Assembly (NCBI GenBank): GCA_963924565.1
Contig: OZ004610.1
Span: 31,496,001-31,560,000 of the forward strand
Length of the DNA: 64,000 nucleotides
Direction: 5' to 3'
Source of the DNA: Ascidiella aspersa
Taxonomy: Eukaryota
A program made the translations under genes and the position numbers. The notes beneath the pieces are model-generated. The model ran no database searches, was not told where the DNA came from, and worked only from the letters and a program-made list of their open reading frames with translations. Of the stretch, positions 1 through 12,000 are shown in pieces. Within the stretch, counting starts at the first letter, position 1. The number at the start of each line of letters is the position of its first letter.

Positions 1-3000
1 CAATCATGGCATACACGAAAACTCTAAAAATGAGGAACGCCAACTTACAAAGAGACGAAGTTGCGAATTGGTCAACACGACATCACCATGCGTTAAAAAG
101 GCACTTTTTCATCTTCAAAGAATACAAGTAAATGACCAAAAGATACATAATTTCATTTTTTTATAAGAGTTTCAACTCAACATTCCGGTTTTGTATGTTT
201 ACAGCTCCTTATAAAAGAGAGAACTATCAACAAAACTAGTGAAACAGACTCTGGCACACTTCTTCAAACTCACCCTATTCTGAAATTGGAAGGCGGGGGT
301 ATGTTTTTTAAATCAGAAAACTATGATATAAATATTAGGCAGTTATATGTGTTCTTTAAATAACTAAATTCTTAATACTTTGTTTTTAATACTAATATTG
401 AAAAATGTAATTATATATTTTTGTGTCTACTTGTTATTAGAAAAATCAGTGAAAAAGCACCTTCGTTTTTTAACACCCGTGATTGAATATTCACCAACAA
501 GTGAAAAAGACACAGATAGTGAAGCACAATTGTCTGTTTCTGGAAATGCCCTTGTTCCAAGTAAGTTACCCATTTTACTTAAAAAGTTAGTAAAGTGCCA
601 AGCCTAAGGCTGCACAAGCCGCTTTTTGATTACAAAATGCATAATGTATTTTTAAGAATACAAAACTTTAAGCATGGTGTATATTTATTTGATATAATGA
701 TGATTAAATTGGGAATATACCAATTCAGATGAACCTGAAGAAGACACACAAGGTCTCTACAAGAACCAACTTACTGCACAGCAAGTTCTTATTCAGGTAA
801 CTCACGTAAAAGGTCTTCTTGCCATTACCCAAGATCACATACTTCACACTAAAACAATTTTGTATTACATATTATCACCCCATATACCTTATAATGTTTA
901 CACCAGGTTGGTGATCTCTTACGGAGACTGGAAGATGACAGAACTAAAACAGAAAAAGCTCTTTTGCAAGAACGGAATAGATTAAAAAATCTATCTCAGA
1001 AGATAGATTTAATGTCACAGCGCAGAGTGGTTTGTCTTCCTGCAGCAGTCCAAAAAGGTAATTACAATAATTTTGTACGTAGAAAATTACCAAAAAAAAT
1101 GGTATACAAATACCGCATCGCACATTGTTTGGGTTAGGGTGGGTCAAGTGTTATTATTAATAATAAATATAATAACACTTAACCACTCTCGCCCAAACGC
1201 TAACCCGCACCCTAACCCAAATAACGTGCATTGTGGTGTGCAGTATTTTTTTTTTTTTTTTTGCATAACTTTCCACAAAAGTGAAGTAGCGCCATAATTT
1301 TCTCACTGATAGTTGTTACTTTATGGTGACCAATGTCTTTATTTTGAGTTAATTCTCGAATGCCAGCTAATAAGAGTTAGGTCTATTCAAAGATTACCCA
1401 TGTGGGGTTGTGGTCATTTATTTAAACCTCCAATCTTTGTTTGCACTAACATTTTTAAATGCATCTTAAAATTATTGTTTTCCCAAACTAGCCTTGAGGT
1501 ACACAACAGTCCTACTAAACTTATGTGTACATATTTACTATATATACTTTAAACTTTCTTGTCTGAGTCAAAATCAGTCATTTATAAGTTCTAGTTATTA
1601 TTCAAGTGATAAGTGTAAACTAAAACTAGAACTTATAAATGACTGATTTTGACTCAGACAAAAAAGTCTAAAGTATATTGTTACCATTTGAAGTCAAGTA
1701 TAGCAAGAAATATTACAATAAAACTAAATAAAAAAAACATGATTTATACAATGATCAACGCATTTATTGGCAGAGCATGATGCTTGTGCATTTGATATCA
1801 GTGAGCTGCAATGGCATGTGTCCTTTACGGAAAGGCAGCTAAAAAGGGCCAAGGACTAAGTTGCAGCTGCACAAGTTCTTAATTCTAGCCTTAAGGAGGA
1901 CATCAAATTTGTCAAAAAGCATTGGTTAGTTGTGATGTTAATTTAAACAACTTACATTGGATTTACTTACTGATGTTAACCTTTAACTGTGTTGTCTATT
2001 TGATAAAAAATTAAATGTTTTTATACAGTTTAATTCTTTGTTATTCACTATATGTACCAATCCTACCAATCTTTTTACAGAAATTAAACGAGTTTAAAGT
2101 TGCAAGCAATAAACGAATATGGAGAATAAATATAATAATAAAAAGATTTGACCAACCACAACACAAACTCACACCCTAACCCAAATAATGTTAGCCATTC
2201 AAACCCCCGGACAAAAATATGGTAGGACTCTAGATCAGCACCCAAAAAAATCAGTGGTCCCATATTATTTCTAGTCAATAAAAAAGAACACATTTCAATG
2301 CTATATAAAAGAAGAAAATTCCATTCAAAAATTGTTCCATGTAAAACATTGGGAAGCTTTGGATGAATAGTATTGTTATATTGTGTTAGCTAGACATAGA
2401 TTTAATGTTTATTATTTTAAATTAGGTTCTTTTTTTATTCCTTTGTCATGAACCTGAGAAAACTAGTATTTTTGTCACAAACCAATGCTTCAATTTTTCT
2501 TTATTGTTCTATTTGATGATTTCTGTTTCACATAAAAGAGCTTTTGTTTGCTTAAATTAAATTCACAACAAAGCTAATTGATTAACAATAGGCAGACTTT
2601 AATTAAACTATATAGTTTCTCAACACCCCACCTAAAGGTCAAATCATGTTGCAATTTATGTTATAACAAAAATTGCTTTCTGGCAGTAAGGCTGTTTTTA
2701 AGGGTTGGTTGTGATTTGTGTTAATTTTTTTGCTCTGTGTTAAGCCCCCTAGTGGAGGAAAAACTGACAATGGAGAAAGAAGCAATGAAGAAAATTAAGA
2801 CATTGCAGAAAGGCACTGATGTTGTGAGTTGTGATTTGTAAAGCAGACGTTAATAGCCAACTATACTACGTCTAATACTAAGAATGATTAATTATTATCA
2901 TTCCATTAAGAAATATTTTGTCATTTTTAATTCCTAGATAGAGTTGAATTCAATTACAAAAAAGACAAACACTTTGCTATTATCATTGACCACATGTCAA

Positions 3001-6000
3001 ATTCAGCATTCTAAAAATTTAGACAAATAACAATAGGCAGGCAGCTAGCTTAAAAGTGCTTAATACTATTGAAGGATACCATTGCAACTACTTTTCCATT
3101 AAAGGAATTGTCTGATGCGAAAATAATCCTAGACAAGGCAGAACAGAAGTTTGAAGAAGCACAAGAGGCTGCTGAACAAGAGAAACGGAAAACCCAGGAT
3201 GATCTAAATGCTGTCAGACACCAACTGACATTACTAAAGTAAGTTATAATTATTTTTTTAAATGTGCTATAAACTTTGCATTGCAATATGACATTTATAT
3301 AAGTACGCAAATCCTCAAATCGGCGGATGAATTATCTATTCTAGAATAATGATCAAAGTCAATTCTGTTAAAAAACACTATATAGGAAAATGACATGTTA
3401 AACAGCAAACTGATTATATTTCATAATAACCAATCTACTCACTTTTACTAGGGTATTGTTTGGGTGCATTATCCGTAAGGTAAGGGAATACTGTATATAC
3501 TGGGCATTTCAGAGATAATAAATAAAAAATAAAGCTTCTGTCTTTAATAGGGAGGATCGATACTTTTTTTATGATACCCGGTACTAGCAAAATCATTAAT
3601 GTGTCGATCAAATACCACGTTTTGTCATTACTGCGGTCTAATAAGCAAAATATGTCAAACTTGCAAACATAAAGTTTAAACGCAAACCATAGCTAATAGG
3701 CTAAGATTAATTTAGTATCGTGTCGGCAGTGAATAGCGGCCTATAGCATCACACATATACCGATAACAACAACTGGCATAGTATATTGGTTCAGATCAGG
3801 GGTGAAGGTAGAACAGTTTTCTTACCGGAACGATAATTTTTTTCCTGGAACGCAAGAAATTTTTTAAGATTTACGTCACAAGGTTACGTCATAACAAAAC
3901 ATCTAAAACAATTATCTTAGGAAACTGGAGGTCATCGTCACAAATATGCAACTGAAATATCAGTTTACATACAAATTTAAGAAGTAACAGGACGGTCCGG
4001 TTAAAGAGGGATATTGACTGGTAGAAAAACGGCATTATCGTTCAGGGGTTCTTTAACTGGGGTCCATGGACCCCTTTGGGGTACGTGAACTAGTCCAAGG
4101 GGGTCCATGGTGCCCTAATTAAAATATTAGTGTATATTTAAAAATAATTCATTTTTTCAAAGAAAACTGTTGAATTCAAAATAAAACGTTTTTGCACTGA
4201 AGGTATATTTAGACTCCCTCACGCTTTCGCATTTTTTAAACCGGAAACATCAGATTTTTGAAGTCTATTTGTACTGTGACGTCAATTTACGAGGTCATCT
4301 ATAAAATTCCTTGCCCACACTAGTCCACGCCAAGCAAAAATATTTTTTTAAGGCGCCTGCGGTGAAAAATTTGAAGAAACCCTGCTATGGTTTTACCTCT
4401 CACTTTCCTGTTATCGTGCAGAAAGGACCTGCACCACTCACAGGCGATGCACCAGGCCTACCTAAAGAAGGCCGACCAGAGCCGGGAAAAGTTGGCGCAG
4501 CAGGAACAAGAGTTGATTGTGCTTCAGAGAAAGACTGAAGATGTACGTGAGGCCGAACAGCGCGAGATCTACCGCATCGAGGAGTTGCGTGATGAGGTGA
4601 AACAGGCGGAGTACGAGACGGGAGAGGTGACCAAGCAGAAGATGCAGCTTGAAGCCGAGATGGAGGAAATGGTGAGTACTCATCGTTTGTAAGGGATGTG
4701 CAGTATTAATAGGTCTGAGCAGATGCTAAATGACAGGCTGTTGCAACGCTTTTTGTCGGATATTGTTTAAGTGTCGGCGCCCATACGATACCTACACAAT
4801 CAATGTAGTAATTCAAGTCACGGTTGGCGATTTACTTCTACTTTGTAATATATTTTTGTTAGAAAACTGTGTTCGAGTCCGGACAAGATGTACCACATAT
4901 TTGTTTTTGTTTGTTATTCTTGTCTCTTAGATGACAATTCCGGTATGTAGGCCTAACTGATTGTCTTGTTATAAGTTTAATTCTCAAAAATGTAAAATAA
5001 AATGTGGAGTATCCGAAGTGTTGCAAGAAATGCAACTCCCTTCCATACATATTGCGCTGTCCACAACTTTTCTCATATACATGTATATATATAGCTAATT
5101 TAAGTAACAATACCGGTTATTAACATTTAAAAAATAAGTACCTAAACCTAGTGGAGTCCTTCACTCGGGTACTTATTAAGTGATTTTGAACAAAGGGCTG
5201 TGTTCTTTGGTTTAACGGAAATTTTATGCAATAATGAAAAAAAAAGTCCAGTCATGGACAATTGTTAAAGGGTAACCATGTTAGTTTAGTAAAGCGGCTA
5301 TTTTTCGTGATTCAAAAAAATGAAATTAAATATATAAACATGTCTTTGGAAGTGTCCGAAGTGCTATAGGAGCCGCACACTGTGTTGGGTCTTACACTGT
5401 GTTGGCAGTCTCGAATATAATGTGTTTCATTGGCGATTATGGCCTTCAAACTAGTAAGTAACGTCGACCGATTTCGCTTCCAGCACAGGCAAATGCGCGA
5501 CAAGATCAACGACCTGGAGTCCAAGTACAAGGACAGCTTACGCGAGCTTCGGCAAATTCAGGAGACCAACCGCGATATGAAGTACGACATCGAGGACATG
5601 AACGAGGACATTAAGACTTGGTGAGTGTTTTGGCGAATGAGGGTGTGATTAAGAGCTGTATTTGCTACGGGTAAGTAGGCGCTGGCTCCTAAGTGAGCCG
5701 TTGGCGCCTGCTTTTACAAGTTTCTTGTATATCGGACTTCATAGGACAAGCCGCTAAAATACCTGTCCTTAACTTATTGAAGTCACTTAACTTAGTCGAT
5801 ATTGCTCGTTAGGTGTATATTCACAAATCTCAGAACACACGATATAATAGCACAGTGATTCAAGCCGGTGGTTTATAAGCCGTATCTAGTAGAATGACCA
5901 TGAGTTGGCGATACTTCCAGAGTTGATTAGTATACGACGAGTTGGGCCTATATAAGTTCGTAAAATAAGTTCATCTGGTATTTATTTCGGTTAACCAATA

Positions 6001-9000
6001 AATACCACAAGAACTTCTTTTCAGTATATACAATGTCTGGTAGCAACAGCATATTTAATAACCTCCTTCGGTTGTGCAGCGACAAAGCTGTGGCCAAGTC
6101 AGAGCGTGAGATCGAACGTTACATCAAAGAGTCGGAAAAGTGCGAAGTTCAGCTGAAAAGCGCCAGCGACGAAGTCACCAACATCGCAATGATCAACATT
6201 GAGCTCAATAGTGAGTAAACATTTTGTAAATTGATGTCTAATTAATGACATTCAAATTTAACACGTTCTTTCAGCCCGAGTTTTAAAGTTTAGTACGCTC
6301 ATATTACTATTGATAGCAGATTGATACATTATTTTTACGGTTAATAATTTAGTGTGGTATGAAGGTAGTTGGTACTGTTTATTAGATTTTAAACGTTTTT
6401 TTCATCCCTGTATGGTAGTTGCTGTCTTGTCACTAAGCAAGCTTACCACGAAGAACTTATCGCCTTGCTTGTTCCACACACGGTAATTAAAGCGTGGGTA
6501 AAGGGCAGGTAGCGCAGATACGTTAGCATCAAAAAAACCTTTTAAAGGAAACCCGCCGTGTAATAATGTAATAATACATATGTGACAGTAGAGAACATTA
6601 TGATGTGGAAATTGAATACATTTTTCCACCGGTCAAAAATGTCTGTACTGTATGTGTTAATCTTTCTGCTTCCGGTTATTTCGTTTTTTTTTTAAATACG
6701 AATGATAAAAAAGCTTACATTGTGGTCCTCCATTTGGATTAATATTGCTTTAAATGTGCCGTCTATACCTTTCTGTTATACAGCTCAACTGGAAAAAGAA
6801 GAATCGAAATCACAGGCCTTGGAGGACGCCCTGAAGGTTTGTCAGCAGATTTTAAACTATAAGCTGTGGCAATATGAATACATCCATGATAAAAGTTTAC
6901 CCATGTAGGTTTTCTTTGATGAAAAAATGTCCTTGTCTGACGACGGTACATCCCTATATTTAAGTTTTCTTAAACTGTGGTAGGGGTTTCTTTAAACTGT
7001 TGGCCCCTAGGGGTCCACGAAGGCCTACTGATTAAGGGCTCCGTGAGAGCTTAATTCAAACCTTGTTATGTAATTTGAGAAATCGACAAATATTTTCAAA
7101 AGAAAATAGTTGAATTCGAAAAAGCGCCTTCTCCTTATGCTTAAATGTATTCAGACTTCATTTCAGTTTCGCATTTTGGACCGAAAATAGCAGGTTTCTT
7201 AAGTCCACTTGTTTTATGTCGTAAATTTATGACATAATCACAAATAATTTCATGCCGACCCTGGTCCACACGATCAAAATAATTGGGTAAAAAAGTTTAA
7301 GAAATTCTAATTTGTAGTGGTCTACTGCGTTTCGCAATTTGTCGATTTACTTCGTGTTCATATTTTGCGGGTTAAAAGCATTTAAAAGTTGGTCGTAATA
7401 TATTTTAATATAAACTTTTTACAATATTGGTGTATCACGTTTTTGTGCACTACTAAACACTAGAAAAAGGGGTATCCGACAAATCGTTACTTGCTTGTAG
7501 TAAGACATTAATTACCAAAACCATATACACAAGTAGATACATATGTCTACTTAAGAGTTTAACCACAAATAATCGAAATACGCTTTTCACAGCAATCTTC
7601 GGAGAGCCTGCGGAAACAAGTAAACGATGAAATGAGACAGCGAACTGCCCTAGAGTCGAAACGAGTACAAAACTCGAACGCACTCGTTAAAGGAAAAACG
7701 GGTAAGCGCATAGAGATTACAAAGTTTTGTCACAGGTTCTAGAACATTAGATTATTACTTGTAATAACGTTAGATAATATCACTCATTGTGCATCAATAT
7801 GAAAACCGTAATTAAACGTCAAAAAACAGTTTATTGTTTTTGTTATTGTTTTTTTAAGTTGAGTTACTTCTAATAATCGAACAAGTTTGGAAATTTTAAT
7901 AGTTTAACCTTAACGTTCATTTTTTATGACAAATTGTTATTTAGTTAAAAAAATTGACTTGGACTAAAGTTATTTCTCAAATGACTTGTTTACAATGCTT
8001 TTCTTGAATCAACATAGCTCATGTATCTTACAAAGCCAAATATCTCATGTTTTTTTCTAAGTAAGTAGATGATTTTAAAAGAAAGTAGAGTATTCTGATT
8101 GCAACACACGGGTTATGAAAGCTCTTTGCCTTTTTCATAGAAAACAAGAAAAAGAAACTCAAGGTTGAGAAGACTTTGGAGGAAACCCAGAACGCGGTGG
8201 ATAAAGCTTCGAATGAAGTAGGTGCTCTTCAGATGGAGCACGCAAAAACTCAAGTGGTAAGTCTTTTTATGGCTTTCATTGCTGCCAAGCCAGTGAAATA
8301 TTTGTCCTCTGTTTAAACTGCGATAAACATTATTCTGCGCCGATGAAACATTATTCTGGCCAGTCGCAGGGTCGTGCTCTTGAAAATTGCAAATACTAAA
8401 TCCTTTTGTGATATGGCGTTTTGTTACAACGTTACGTTGCATGAAAATGTTATATAGGGGTTATATATTCATCCACTCACAATACATGGTTGGAAAATAT
8501 CCACCATATGCAATCCCGCCTTGGCAATTTACATTTGGCGGCAATATCAGGTTTAAAACTGGGTAGGCCTACTGCGCATGCGCACATCAGACTCGAGGTT
8601 CAGGTAGTCTTACGTGGTCTTACTCGAGTCGCGGTCCGACTCCAGCAAAACAAACCGACTCCTCGAGTCCCGAGTCCGACTCACTTTGGTTCGGAGCAAT
8701 CTTATACCTAGACTACTTGTTTGTAAATATGCTGTTGCTACCAGTCATAGTATATTTAAAATAAGTTCCTCTGGCTTACATTTCTTTAACCAACGTTTCG
8801 GCTTACTATCCGGCAAGCCTTCGTCAGGGACTAACACACAAAGCCATCAGGGCGCAAAGTAAAATCACACAAAGAAAAAAGGAGATAAAAATATACTACT
8901 TGGTTAAGGCGACTTCTCCAGCAAAGAAATAATATTATCGCCGATGTTTCGGCTTTGCAAATATAGTTGCCATTAAATCTATGCGGAGCTAGATAAGTTG

Positions 9001-12000
9001 CATAACGCATACAACTGTGCCAGGTTTGTATCTTGCTTCAACCATCCGTGGTTGGACGCTTTACCTTTTTTTCTGAATTCATTTATAACGAGAAAAGTGG
9101 TGAAAATAAGGCAACACTGGGCTCCGGAAAAATAATTTTGCAACAGGCTGTTTCGCTATTTTTTTGGATGTATTTAATGTAAGATTTCAGGTGCATATTT
9201 GTAAACTACATCGAGCGATAAAAGTTGCTTGGTTTATTTAAGGTATTTTGCACCTTGGCAGATTGTTGCTGACCTCAACTCTAAACTCACCGCCCTGAAC
9301 GTCGAACACGAGGAAGTCGAGAAAACACTGTCCCAAGAAAAACACGAAATAGAACCCGTCGAAAGAAAGTTGCAGGTAAGGGTTACGAATTTTGACGCCG
9401 TGAAAACAGTAAGTGTCGTATTTAAGATTTGAGAGGGATTGAGTCTTTATACGGTATATAGATTTGTGTTATCGTTTAGTGCACGTACCATTTTTTGTCA
9501 CGACTCACGACTTAAGTCAATGACTTGAATTAACTGCACTTAATCAATCTTTTCAAATGACTTGACTTGACTTAAGTTTTTTGCACAATTGACTTGGGAA
9601 AAATGAAGCGATTTATTGACATTATTTTTATAAGACTGCTGGGTAACTTATCTCAATTTTTGCACTTCGAATAAATTGCTTGCTTTATGTAGCGTTTTGG
9701 TAGGTTACTTATTATACATATATTTGAACGAGTTTACCAATTTTAATAGTTTGACGTTTAATTTTTATAAAAAGGACCTTACTTGGAATAACTTGCTCTA
9801 ATAATTACTTGACTGGGACTTATTTTTTATTTAAATAGACTCTACTTGAACTTAAGTTACATAACAAATGACTTGACTAGGACTTTATTAATTTAAAAAT
9901 GACTTGTTTACAACACTGGCCGTACACATTTCGTATCCAAACAATTTAGGTGTTTATCAGCATGGAATATTTTGACAGGAAAATTTGGTCGTGCACCATT
10001 ATGAAGAGGCTTGTTTGATTGGCGAATGCTCGGTGAAATGTAATTGTGATATTTTTGTTAGGAAGAGCAAATGGCGCTGAAGGAAAAGATCAAGGAAATG
10101 GAAATGGAGGAATCTCAGATGACGCAGAAGCTGAGGGACATGACTGTGTCGCAGAATGCGATGCAAAAGCGAATCACAACTGCTGAGGCCAACATCGCAA
10201 AATTAAAGTAACAACAAAAAAGTCTGTTGTTAGGCTTATGTCTTTAGCCAGGGGCGGACCAAGCCTTTAAAAGGCCCTAAGAATTTAAGAATTTGGTGCC
10301 CTATACAGAGGCGTAGCCAGGGTATTTTGCGGCCGGGGGCAAATTATAAAATTGGCGCCCCTCCTCCATGTTGAATCACATTTTCTATTACATTAACATA
10401 ATATACCTTTCTTTATCTGGAAAAAGAGTTAAAATTTTAATAGAACATTCTATTTAAAGAAGAAGCAGCCTCATTTTGGCATTTGTAAGCCTCATTTGGC
10501 GCCCCTGTACCTTGGCGCCCAGGGACATATGTAGCTACGCCTCTGGCCTTATATGTGCCGTTCAAAATATAAACAATAACCACACAAGATATTTTTCGTC
10601 GAAATTAATCAAAACCAACATTAAGAAAGAAAAAAACAGGCCACTATTGAGGTCGGAGTCTTCTGATCAACTGGAATTATTCCATTAAATACTGAGGCAC
10701 CTTTAAAATCGTGGTCACTTGCGTATCTATTAATCGTGTTTTTTACAACCTTTTTCACGTGCGCCGGTTTTAGTGTATTATTTTGTCTTATATACAATCC
10801 TTTGGTATTTCTGAGAAGCGAAATTAACTAGCTTCTCCTTATTGTTGAGAAAGCATGCCAAGGCCCGGTTGCATTTTTTCAGGGAGGATTTGGGTGAGCT
10901 CGACATTCAACTTGAGACCAGCGAAAAAACGAACAAAAAGTTACAGCAACAGCTCGAAGAAGCTACTGGTAATCCGCAGGTTTTAGTTCGTTATTAACCG
11001 AGTATTTCTATGACAATGCTAAGAATGATACTGGACTTTTTTTTCCGATACCAAATGACGTCATTACTCTGCTCAAACAAGAACGTTAATAATAAAATGA
11101 AACGTTATAAGGCCAAGTTTTCCAGGTTTTAAAAAACTTGCTTTAGCGTAAAGAAGTCTAGTTAGGTCCAGCTGTTAACCGGTCCAAACTTTGTACTGAT
11201 CTTTCAACGTAGAATCGCTGCTTTCGATCAAAAATTATTGCTGAAATTACTATATCAATATTGGTATCGGATCGGTTACGATACCACCCTATTATTATCG
11301 AACGAGTATCGATACTTCCACTTGGCATCAGGTATCGGCTCCGATCCGATATTATCGGACATCCCTAGAACTGTTTTGGCTCTACGTAGACTAAGGCGGG
11401 GTTCATTCTTTAATGAACAAGCATCTAAAAAAATGTTAAAAATTCAAAATGATACCAACTTCTGTATGGGCTTTGATATTCTTCTTATTACATTTAAAAG
11501 AACAGAACAAAGTTTCTATATAGGTGCGAGGGAAAAATTGTTTGTTTTCTGGTACTAGCACGCCTGGAAGACCGCAAGAAAGAGCACGGAAATTTGATGG
11601 AGAAAAGGATAAAGATTAGAAGGAATCTAGAAAAAAATGTCCAGAAGGAAGTAGCAACCAATATCATGGTCGCACAAAAGTACAGGTGAATTTTGACTTG
11701 TAGCCAGAGGGTATGTTGACTAGTAGCCAGAGGGTATTTTTTCTTCGTATGTGGTAAGCCTAAAGGCTGGTTCACAGCGTCGTCCAGTTCACACATTATA
11801 ACACGTTGCCAGCATTAACGGTAAATTTTCGAAAGCGTCAAAGTTGAATTATTATAACTTTCCGCAACAGAAAGCGTTTTTCAAAAAACGTTTTACGTTA
11901 ACACTAGACGCGTCTAGTGTAAACCAGCCTTAACGCAGGGCCAAATTAAGGGTACTGTTGGACAAAGTCTGTTTTGTTTACTAGAGAACAAAGCTACAAA

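Noticed and set aside
6-131. ATG at position 6 as the CCDC178 start
   Set aside because: That frame stops at ~129-131; the homologous peptide is in the frame starting at position 2, so the start lies outside the window.
1857-1859. Genome-wide TAA reassignment as the explanation of the internal stop
   Set aside because: No other in-frame TAA in roughly 3000 codons of the four genes, and the ZP gene ends with TAA.
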